Below, piece after piece: positions 11,997 to 23,200 of a stretch of 64,000 nt of DNA. The DNA is from Tubiluchus corallicola (taxonomy: Eukaryota > Animalia > Priapulida): the NCBI GenBank assembly GCA_030141605.1, contig JAQGDQ010002372.1, positions 558,001 to 622,000 of the forward strand. The letters run 5' to 3'. The notes below the pieces were generated by a model, which saw only the letters and a program-made list of their open reading frames with translations, was not told the origin of the DNA and ran no database searches. Every line of letters begins with the position of its first letter. The stretch's first letter is position 1. A program made the translations under genes and the position numbers.

Positions 11997-14900
11997 CACC
12001 AGGTTGCGAGTAAAGAAAAGGAAGCCGGCAAATAAATGTTTTTTGTAACACGATCAGAGTGAGATCATTAGCCTTAAATATGCCTAAATTGTTAATACTG
12101 ATTTGCAGGTTCGATTATGCATGACTGCTCAAGCCAGCTTTGTGAAGACATCAATCGAAGCTTCGATCAAAAAGATTTCCTTTAAAGTGTGATACAAGGC
12201 TATACCTAACAGCGATGCTCAGCTTCTCGAATGTGGAGACGGCTGAAAAAATGTCTTGTGGTTTCGTCTACCACTGATCTTAGCTTTTTATCCCATTGAT
12301 CAAGGATGTGTCTGAATAAAACCGAGAATTTCTGCCAGTTCCATGTCTCCTTTTAGATAATTATTCTTGATAATGAACCAGATTACGATTCTAACTTCAT
12401 TAGATAAAGTATTTTACTGAAGTATTTTAAAGCTTTACTGTTTCGTGACGTAACAACATCCCTTTCAACAATGGTGATGCTGCAGTTATTGAAGAAGTTA
12501 GTGTAGATGGGATTTTTACAGTTTTGCCTTATGTGAACTACTGAAAATAAGTTCTGCATAGTCATATTTATAATTAGAAGAGACAGGTGGTTGACAGGTA
12601 TTAATAGGGGTGGTTGACTTGGTGACCCTTGGTCTTTTCGCCACCTCGTCTCTTTTATGTCTTTATTTTAGTCTTTAGCCTTTGTTTATGTTTATTTTGC
12701 AACATACACAGACAAAGAATTTTTTATTTCGAAATGAATGTTCCCAAGCGTAAAGTCCAACAATTTTACTGTTGAAACTTTCGTACATTTTTCTCAAATG
12801 TTACAATAATCCCAATTTCTCAAGAGACTTGACTTTTGCTTTTGGGTTAATATTAATTTTAATATTAATTTTTGGGTTATTCGCTTGAAAATAACTCTAT
12901 AGAGCCGCTCATTTCGCTGTGATGTTGTTCTCGCTCGTGTAATACCAAACTCATTCTATACCATTTTTACCTTGTACTGCAAGTACTTGTACCAAACGTG
13001 CCTGACAAAACTTCATTAGTACCATGTTTACCAGTACCAAATTTTCCCTGTACCAAAATTTTCTCGTACCAAAATTACCAGGACCAGACTTACTTGTACC
13101 GAACTTACTAGTTCCAAAATTACTGCGCACTAGTTTGCACTACCGTAGTGCTGTTTAGTTATAGTTTACCACCTATATATTGCTAAGTCAGTTGTGCCGT
13201 TCAGTGTCTGGAGTTAGTGTCTTTGCAACATCTACATTAGTTAAAGTCTGCCATTGAGCACTGGTCAAAGTTTGAAAAGTGTTACACTCCACAAAAAAAT
13301 CTGACATTTTTTCGACTTGAACCAGTAACCTGTTGAACACAACCAACTTCAACAACAATGGCGAAAAGAAAAGGGCTTCAACTGACTAGATGAACTTTTG
13401 TGCAATTTAGCACCTACATTGACTACTGTGTAAGCGTTGTTTACAGACATGGCTATAATTGAAATAAACAAGACAGAAGTGATGTTTTGCACAGCTTCTT
13501 GGTTCATTTCCTGCTGCAGGTAGACAATTCCAAGTATTATACCCATTACCTACAAAAGAAAAATTTGTGAAAACTGAAAAGAGTTGAAAAAAGCATCAGA
13601 TGTTTTGCACTAATAAACCTCTCACATACAATATTTTTCGCATCACATTCACATAGCTTTTAGTTAGTTAAGTCTGATTTCTACTCACCATTGTTTGAAA
13701 AGTTCTCACTTTTATTGCCATTGGATCTCGAATCACGCTGATTAATGCTCTGTGTGTTAGAGTGATAAATTGCTTTATCCAACTTGCTTTATACCTAAAT
13801 GAAACATACGCTAAAATGTTTGGTTAACTGTAATAAGCAGGCGACAGGCTTTTAGGCTTGTAATTGCTAAACCCCTTACAATAATAATTGGGGTGTGCTG
13901 GCTATAATTAGAAGAAATAGGATGCCAGTGATTGTTATAATTGGCTACTTGATTTCCTTCATTAAAGTGTACACGAGTCTGATAAGGAAAAGATGACAAA
14001 ATATCAGTGATTGTTTGGAAATACTTGATAAGGAAAACCTACCTCGAGTTAAATTGGTGAAATCGAAATTTAAATGTTGGCACTCATTCACTTGTGCAGA
14101 TACTTCGTCGCAAATGCATCAGAAAGTACAACCACAATAATCGTGACAACAAAAATGCTAACACAGCAAGGAATTCACATGCATTTTAAATTTGGAAGTC
14201 TGGTTTTTCAGTTTTTGTATTCTTGTTTCCAGTGGCATTTTCAACAATTTTTCAGACAAAAAGTAGCTAAAAATAATTCAATAAAAACTCATAAACTGCA
14301 GTCTTTTGTATTATTACTAAATAATTAAAATATAGTTACTGGATTGTATTTAATGAAAAGAGGTTACTTACGTTGAACGATGAGCCAGCAATTCACCGAA
14401 CTGAAAAAATGCATGTATAAATAATTGCAATGAAACTGCTGGAAACAGCTATCTTGGTTTGGCGTTAATTGTAATACATGACAAGATGTTACAAAATTGC
14501 ATTTACTGCAAACATCAACAAAGCACACTACAAAGCGGAGCATCACCTGACAACAGGGGGTCGTAGTATTTTTCAAGTATTGGTTCCCGTGAATCCGACT
14601 TTTAACCTTGGGACTCCAAAAGCGATAAGGTTCTTCTCCTATTGATGGGCGGCCCAAATGTGAAAGTCGAATGCATTGCATTAATTCTTTAGAGTTAGAA
14701 TGCATCCGCAACCTTTTTCAAGTAGTGTATCCTATGACACTGACTTTTGATCTTAAGGCCTCAAAACCCATAAGATTCTTCCCCTGTTGACAGTCGATGA
14801 ATACATAAAATATGAAAGTTTAGGCTACGTCTTCACAAACTTTTCCAACTGAGACGTTGACCTTTGATAAGGGGCCCACAAAGTCGATAGGTCGTTCTTT

Positions 14901-17900
14901 TACTGACTGATGAGCCTATATATTATATGAAAAATGAATGTCATGCTTCAAAAAAGGTTAGCTCGAAAAGTGTTCACAAGACCAATAACGAATTACAGAC
15001 AAACGAACGGGCAGAAGCATGGACGGCCAAACGGACAGATGCACGAACAGAGGCTTACTATACCGAATAACATATTAATAGATTCAACATTAGCGATTGT
15101 TAATAGATGTTACTAAATTGAACAACATATTAAAAGATTCAATGCCAATTGTTATCAGCTGCTTTCTTACGTCAATGAGCTGTTTATTTCGATTATTCTC
15201 CATGATAACTTGTTTGACAAGATAACCTTGAGGGGACACTTCAAATGCGTTACATATTCTCTGAAAGTAACAAGTTGGAAAGTAAGAAAAACAAAAAGAC
15301 AGTTTTAATTAATGAAAATTACAATTAATGAAACCCATTATTCACCTAACAAATTATTAATAAAAAAATGTTTTAACAAAATTCAATTGAAGATATAAGC
15401 TCAAATAATTATAAAATCTTTACTACAGGTAACGCTGCAGCTGCGTACGTACCTCTACTTTGTCTTTGCATTGGGCCTCCTTTTCTGGGATTACAGCTAA
15501 ACTGTGCACATAGTAATCAGCAGGATTAAACTTTGGTGGACATTTGCAATCCATCGTCTTGAAAAATGTATGAATAGTTTTTCTTGAACCTAAATACGCC
15601 ACCCTGCCTTCTGCCATTAACAATATCCTGCATTACAATTTAGAGAATAGTAATTTATTTTTACATATATAGGCCTATATAAAAAACATTGTCAAGCAGT
15701 TGTTTCTATGGTCCAAGTAAGTCAGCAGAAGGCAAATTTGGAATTTTAAGCTAGCAAAACAAAGTCTAAAATCAGCAAAAAACTGTATCCTAAAATTACA
15801 AAAAAATGCTCAGGAAAAAGCATAAGTAAATAGAAATACATAGGCATTTAAAAATGCTATCTACTGTTATTCAGCACTAGAAACTAGTGAATACGTTAAA
15901 TATGTCTTAGAAAGCCTAATAGTCATACGAGATTTAAAAGTTAAAAATTTAAAATATAAATAACTAAATACAAATTATTAATGGTTTCAGGTAAAAAACA
16001 TATTTTAAATTTGAAATGACTCAGCAGTAAAATTGGAAGCCAAAAGTAACTACGTAAGTCACTATTACTGTTAAAATGGTTTATAGTGAAGCATGAAATC
16101 TACATTTTTGCATGTAAAAATTGTATACATAGCACTTTTACCTGTCGAACATGGCATACACTTCAGATGAAGGTTGATGTATGGTGCACAGGATAGTTCG
16201 CCCTTTACAAGCCATGTCTTTCAAAACACATATGACGTTTTGTGCCATAAAGGAGTCCAAACCAGATGTTGGTTCATCGCAAAACATTAATTTTGGATTT
16301 GTTAGCATCTAGAAAAAGGCATTTATTTCATTATAGTTGTTGAAATAATTATGACAAATGTTTTTTCTCTTTACAGATTATTTGTAAATGCTATAATGCT
16401 AATTCAAGACCCACAACAGGTATAGTTAGAGCAAACTTATTTTCAAACAATGATTTTAACAGTCTTTTAAGAAAAATTGTTATGACAGTGATAGGTAGGT
16501 AAAATTTTCAAACCATTCTGCATATAGTAGCTCCCATGTCATTATTAACCTTCAGTAATAGCACAGACACAAAAGGTGCCAGCAATATTTTAATAAATAC
16601 AAACGAGTAAATGCTTATTCATTATCAAAGTATAACTTACTAACCTCAGATGCAAATGCAAGACGCTTTCTTTCGCCTCCTGAAATACCTTTTATTCTAC
16701 CAGGGACGCCTATCCATGTGTTCTCGCATTTCTTTAAACCAAGCTGTAATGGCAAATAATGATTTCACATGATTTTGCTTCATTCTTTCTATTCTTTTCA
16801 TAATTTTTTCGATGCCCCCTTTTCCCTTCATTCCTTTTTAAGTCTTTCATTCTTCTGAACATTTTTTATGCTTTTTCTTTGACTATTTTTTCCTCTTTTA
16901 TCATCGGCAGAATTGAGTAATTTAATTATGGCTCGACAAAATGTAGTATAAATTATTTTAAGATCCTAAAAATGAATACAGGTGTAGCAAACTACCTCCG
17001 TGAGAGTTTCTTCAACTTTCTTCATTCGCTGAGAATACGTGAATTCTTTGTCCATTCTCAATAGAGCCTACAACTCAAACCAACAGATATTTTAGATTTA
17101 CAATTTTGCACAGCAGCATAAGACTTAAGCTGTGCTGCAGTCTATATTGTTGTTGCAGTGATCTAGTGTTTAGCATACATTGTTGTCCTGAACGCTATAC
17201 TGTATCGCCTGACATTTTTGTATTGCTGTATTGTATTGCACTGCATTGTTGTTGTGTTACTGAAATGTATTGATTTGTTGTTTTTTATGTTGATGCTGAA
17301 TTGTTTGCAGTCGTATAGTTTGTTTCAATGTATAAAAATAACCTGCATTGTACAAGGTACACTAAAATGCACTACCTTACTCTGTCAGCCACACTTTGGT
17401 TTAATTATTTTTGTTATTTATTTTTTTAAAAAACGTTTGAAAAATGCTTTTGGTACTCTATATAAGACGGTAATAATAAGCTAACTTATCAAAAGAAGTG
17501 TAATGAACCGAAAATCTTAAACAGTTTCAAATGTAGACAAACTCCGTGTGGTGAAGCTTCTGATAGTACAATTAAAATACCTGAAATCTCAAATGTTCTT
17601 TTACTTTCAGGGTACCAATGAACAAATCTTCCTGCTGAACGTATGCCGAGATGGACCTCATGCCAGGACCAAAACCAATTGGCTGTCCATTAATTTTGAC
17701 TGTACCCTCAACAGTATACATTTCAGTATTCCTGTGCGTCAGAATGTTCATAAGTGTACTTTTGCCTGCACCACTAAAACAAACAAACAACAAATGAATC
17801 TTGCTTCTGGTTCGTATCCTTACTTGTCAGCCAATCGGCTTGTAAAGTAATAATTATTGCAAAACTGATTCAACATGAATTTTCTGCTAAGATGATTTCG

Positions 17901-19447
17901 GAAAATAATTACAGCTAAATAAACTCTTTTAAATCGATCCGAGTGTGTAGAATCTATTTTGCCTTCAATTTGACAATATAAATATTTTTGTCAACAATAT
18001 AATTTTTTTTAATATGACTATGCTTTTATACCTGGCACCCATAATTGCTAACAGCGTACCAGCTTTTGCGTACCCAGTAACTGCAATAACAAATTTTCAC
18101 ATAACATATTAATGAAACTTGTAAATTAATGTCGTTGGAATAAACAAGCAAGCAGAACAACTTTTTACAACAATTTACTAGATGCAGTTGGGCTGAGCGC
18201 TCCTAATAGACTACAGTGAATTACTTAATCTCATCATTAACTAAATAACAAGCCTACACCTCTCGGAAATGCATTTTCCAAAACATTCTCAAATTTAAAA
18301 TGGCATAAAGTAAAACCAAGCTGCATTAACAGTGCAGTCTCCTGAGTATAGCATGAAGGTGCTGCTGCCTTATCCTTTGTGCTACGGAACTTATAGTAGA
18401 AGCAAGCTCTCAGCTCTAAGCGAGAACTCGAATCACTTTACTGCAGCACAAAGCTATGCTAAACTAAATACGAAAATTGGGTGCAGAGTGAAGAAAACGT
18501 GTTATTACAAAAATTATTTACAGTTTCTATATGCGCTCTATTTACACGATGTTAATTTATTCGGGTGGCCAGTGACTACACCTATCAGAAACAGCACAAT
18601 CTTTTGCAGAAGCAACCCGTTCCGTGCTAGTTTGTTTAACGTATATTTCTCAAAATTATTTACTTTTAAAGGAATTTAAAGAAGCAGATTGTTTAACTTA
18701 GATGCACATTGAAATGGCCAACTCAAGTTGTTAAAATAATGTGACAAAGACTAATTTAATGTCGTGCTAGTAAATAGTCTTTAAATTTTGTTTTAATACC
18801 ATTTCGGAGAATATGCTTCTTAACTCTTTTTTCTGTTTGCTTTTCCGGGTCAGATTGTCCAGCTTCTCTATCATGTCGACTTCGTCCACCTTTCAGCGTC
18901 GCCCAGACGTTTATATTCTCCCAAGTTATGTTAACCTAAGCAACATAATAATTTCATACTCATAATCGTAAGAAAATTGATAACAAACAGAGTTTACAAT
19001 AAATTTTATGTATTTATTTGATAATAAATATTGTTGGTTTGACTATATATAATTCGATCGATGTTATACTGTAAAATGGAGTGTACTGAATGGATAATAT
19101 TCAAGCAAAATGGAATCAAGAAAGTGGTTGCTCAATATTATTTTCATTTGGTTTGTAAAACGCTAAAACGTTTATTACGATTGCTGAAAGATAGCCACAT
19201 AACGTTATGAGCATCAGCGAGCTCTCTGTGCCTCTTAACATATAAGGAATTCCTAACTTACCGCATCAAGTTCACTAACACTCAGTACTTTTTTAATGGG
19301 TTCCTTTCTCATCACATGTTTCGACATGTCAGCAAACTGAATGCCAGAATTTGAAATCTCTTCGTACATCGGTACATGAACATTACTTCTACTGATGGAA
19401 TAATCACTAGCAGCATTGTCACAGGCAGCATTGTTGCCAGTATCCAT
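8866..19447 (-). CDS. white: white-like ABCG half-transporter paralog WB, 19 exons, ~683 aa
   Basis: Exons 19262-19447, 18800-18935, 18032-18080, 17581-17773, 16996-17067, 16645-16743, 16142-16308, 15453-15627, 15171-15260, 14372-14400, 13689-13794, 13418-13549, 11634-11726, 11203-11260, 11017-11094, 10075-10180, 9607-9707 (GC donor), 9336-9415, 8866-8967; 2052 nt in frame. Motifs: Walker A GASGAGKST, Q-loop YVQQ, signature ISGGE, Walker B/D-loop [12 protein letters not shown]-loop TIHQP, NPADY, then a C-terminal TM domain (NBD-TMD order of ABCG). Confidence 0.9.
12588..13477 (-). repeat. ~0.9 kb block in WB homologous to 32966-33770 (psiD half-exon plus intron)
   Basis: Near-identical to 32966-33770 and absent from the WC copy. 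Contains a ~15-bp-period GTACCAAAATT-like minisatellite (~12960-13120; ~33320-33480 in the other copy). Confidence 0.92.
14481..15083 (+). mobile_element. probable non-autonomous interspersed element (Helentron-associated/HINE-like) in WB intron 9; duplicated at ~26551-27144
   Basis: Starts ACAAGA, has an internally repeated core (ATAAG(G/A)TTCTT twice, TTGACCTTTGA motif) and ends in a degenerate GGAC/GACA tract followed by ATAGAT. No counterpart in the short WE intron. Family assignment is by architecture only. Confidence 0.4.
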
Positions 19448-20273
19448 ACTAAGTATGCTCTCGCAAAACGTTTAAAATGGCGTACGCTTATAATGATTCA
19501 AACATTTGCTTAAAGCAAAACATGTCACTTATACATGCATAAAATATTGTACTTCAACCTCACGCAACAACAGTATATTGTGAAAAGTCACGTTTCACAA
19601 TGAATTTTAACATGGATTAACACAAGCAAACTATTTATTTAAACCTAAACAACTAAAATAAGATTCAAAACAATTAATAAAAAATCCCAGAATAGTTTTC
19701 AATTAATTGTTACGTCTTATTAACGAGACACAGAACTGTATCATCAAAAGTTCACACCACACATCGATTTTACTTGATATCAACTAATAGCAAACAAACA
19801 GTGAGGTTCTTTATGGCGCACAACTTTCAAGGTGCAATGAAGGTGAAAGACTAAAGGTGAAAACTTCTGGAGCTTTTAAATGGCTATTAAATGTGACTGT
19901 AACATAGATTGAGAAAGCACAGCTGTACCCACTAAAAGACTGCCTAGTTGACTTAAATAAATAGAAGTTTTTGCTTAAATGAAGAACCAATTCTGGAATA
20001 AGATTGTGTTTTAATATACACCTAAAAATTTTAATTAAGACGTAATATACGCGCATAAAATGCGCTGCTTAAAATTGCGAAAGAAATTTAAGTCATTCAT
20101 ATCTCTCACCAAACAAACCTTGCTGCGGGAGTATGGTAAAAAATGACGTAAGCTGGTGGAAAGCACGAAGGCATGCATTACGATGCTTTTGCACTTCACT
20201 CAAAAATCCCACTATTGTAGCTGAATAAAGAGTCGCTTACAGAACATCCGGAATGCGTTATGCGTTATGCATT

Positions 20274-23200
20274 TCCAACTGGTTATTCCCAGACGAATTT
20301 TCTGCTGGTTTGTTTCTGCTTCGCCTTGTCTCAAAGACAAAAAAATTAAATGGAAAAATCGATAGAACAGGACAGGTAAACCTTTATGTGAAGAAACAAC
20401 AGATAGCAAGAGATATTTAAGCTTTGTCAATAAAATCTGTAAAAGAACATTATACAGTTCCCGGCTGATATAATTTCGGTTACGCGTGTTTAATGTAAGC
20501 AACGACGTAAATGAGTCCGTCAACGTGAAACCTATGTTGTTATTTGTAAACCCTCAAATTAATTTTTGCGTAGGCTTACATAGGATTTAAATTTATTCGA
20601 ACTAGAATTAAAGCAGTAAATTTTTTAATCTTAACTTTAAACCAGTAGGCTTGGTAAGCATAAATGTGTGACCACTTGTAACAGTGTCTGCCATAACTTA
20701 TTTTGAAAAGTAAGTCTACTTACACAGCTCACTGTAGCGTACGTTGACTCAGCACAGAACAATAGAACAAATATTAAATGCACATAATATATAAAGCACC
20801 ATAATCACGCTTTGACCATTGACGTCGTTAAGCCAAAAGAGTAATGCGGACGTGTCATGGGTTTTTATATGCAGTGTATCCTGTTCCTTGCATAACATGC
20901 ATACAGAATATTTTATACTGCTTATTCTACCATCGGTAATAATAGTTTCAAGACCATCGTGCGCCTTGTGCTATAGTATTCTCTCTCTTTCTCCCTCTCT
21001 TTCCTCTCTCCCTCTCTTTCTGTTCTCTTTGTATTTGTTTTTCTGTTAAACACTTTCTAACTGTTATTGTCAATTTTTCTTTCACTTTTTTCTCCTTGCC
21101 TTTAAGCTCTTTCTTTTGTATTTCTATTCATTTATTTCATTCGGTTGTTTAGACAATAAAAAAATCACAATGTCAGACATAATATACAGACAATGACGAT
21201 ATGTTATAAAAAAATACTAGAAAGTTGGGAAGCTTTTATTGACACACTGCAAACAACAGTAGCCTACAATCATTTATACATATTATAATATTTTTGCAAA
21301 GAATCGCATAAATACTGAAAGAACCCAAAGCGTTGAACATGTGTTAAACATATCAGACTATTTAATCATTTAAATCCTTTAGATTTTAACATTGTATAAC
21401 ATCTTAATATTATGTAGCATGTATGGGTGTCCTGCCATAAGCCATAGCTTCTTAGGTCTCCCTTCATTATCTTTTTTAAAAACAGTGATCATTTTCGCGT
21501 AATTATTTTTTTACTTTATTGATTATATATTGTATTTCAAAATTAATGTGATTACGATATATGTTAAATCAATATATTATTTTAAGGTTGAATTGAATTT
21601 GAGCATTTCGGCTTTATAAACTGCCACTGTAAAAACCTATTACATATCCACGGTAAAGAAAAAACTAAATGCAAAACATTGAGTTTGTTGGATTTAGGCC
21701 TACATTACTGATTTAGAATTTTAACAAAGAAATACTAAATTTAAGTGTAGATAATTAACTTCGGATTGGAAAAGCTTCAAAACAAGATAAGCATAGACTT
21801 TAATTTTGCACTTTAAATGCATCTATTTCTGGCATCATGTCATCAACCTAGCCTTTATTGCGTGTTCGAAATGAAAGAATGATGAAACCCAAAAGCCTGT
21901 ATCCAGCCATCAGAACGAATAACAAGCCAACGTTCTGGTACATATTATCCTGAAAAAGACAAATAAAAACAATATAACTATATTATTTAAGGAAAATAAG
22001 GAGTCCAAAAATTGGATTACAGCAAAAATGTTCTCATACAAATCTCAAAACTAGATCACAGTTGTTAGCTCAAGCTTATACCATAGGAAAATGTCAAAAA
22101 TTTCTTCCTGAGAATTTTGTGTCACACTCTTAAAAGACTGTGTCAGACTCTTTTGAGTCTGGCTTCTTAAAATAATGAGGGTCATGAAATTCATAAAACC
22201 TGAAAATTCTGTTAGCGTGTATCACCACTCTCATCCAATTCAAACAGTTTTCTTGTAAATAAAACTGCTGTGTTTTGACATACACAGAAACGATTTCTGT
22301 TAAGATACCTCTTTAAAGTTGAACTGGTGAAGCACAGCTGTCCCATCATGTATGCAAGGCCGCTGAGTTTCATTGCCATTTTCACATGCTATAAATTAAA
22401 CATGTAATGAAAATTCCATATAATATTTTAATAATTCACAGTATTAAGATAAGCCTAAGTTGATAAATTGTCTACACAGAAAAATTTCGAATAATAAAAT
22501 ATGCCAAATTGCACTAAACTGTGATTAACAGAATTTATTGATGGAACATTTATATGCTACCCCCAGCACAAATACTTGCATATTTCTGTAACATCTTTCC
22601 ATTGGTTGATGTTCAGAGCCTCATTCCCGTATTTAAACCAGCTGAGATATTCAAGCCATATAAAATATACAGGAATCGACCTGGAAATACACATTCATAT
22701 TATAATTCAGATAATTCGGCAATGCCTTTTGTCATCATCAATGTGAACCCAAACGTGAAAAAAATCGTTCATGATAGCAAGTGGTCTTGCCGCATGCCCC
22801 TGAATAACGCACAAAAAAGTCTTGAAGTCCACGTTGAAAAATTTTTCGCCTGCGTTCCTGGTTTTACTCTCAATTTAATATCTGACTCAGTCCTCAAATT
22901 AATTTTCTGCCATCTGCTTAGCCAGCTAATTCTATCTACACGTTCTTGAACAGTGATAGTGAGCAGGCAAAGCCCTGTCATTAAATAGAGCACCTACATA
23001 ATAATATTAATACCTTGCAACTATTGTTGTTTGGTAAATTTAACTTACTCCACATTCAGCAATAGACCACCAAACAGCATCATTGGCATAAGAAATGGCG
23101 CAGCAGCAGCCATTACAATCTCCGGATTGGAGGAGAAGCAAGACATCATATAACCTGGAAAGGAAATGAAAAAAACGATGAGTTGATGCAAAGAAATCTT

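Larger units (their letters stand above)
7268..20273. repeat. tandem segmental duplication, left copy (~13.0 kb)
   Basis: Colinear high identity with 20274-32335 in introns, exons and intergenic DNA. The offset is ~13.0 kb left of position 12590 and ~12.1 kb right of 13480. Confidence 0.95.

Noticed and set aside
12060-12360. Possible tRNA or tRNA-derived SINE (GGTTCGATT B-box-like)
   Set aside because: No cloverleaf or clear A box; cannot be supported beyond a possible decayed SINE.
12960-13120. Short periodic repeats superficially like a CRISPR array (also 5490-5570)
   Set aside because: Degenerate units with no unique spacers, eukaryotic context and no cas genes; minisatellite or transposon subterminal repeats.
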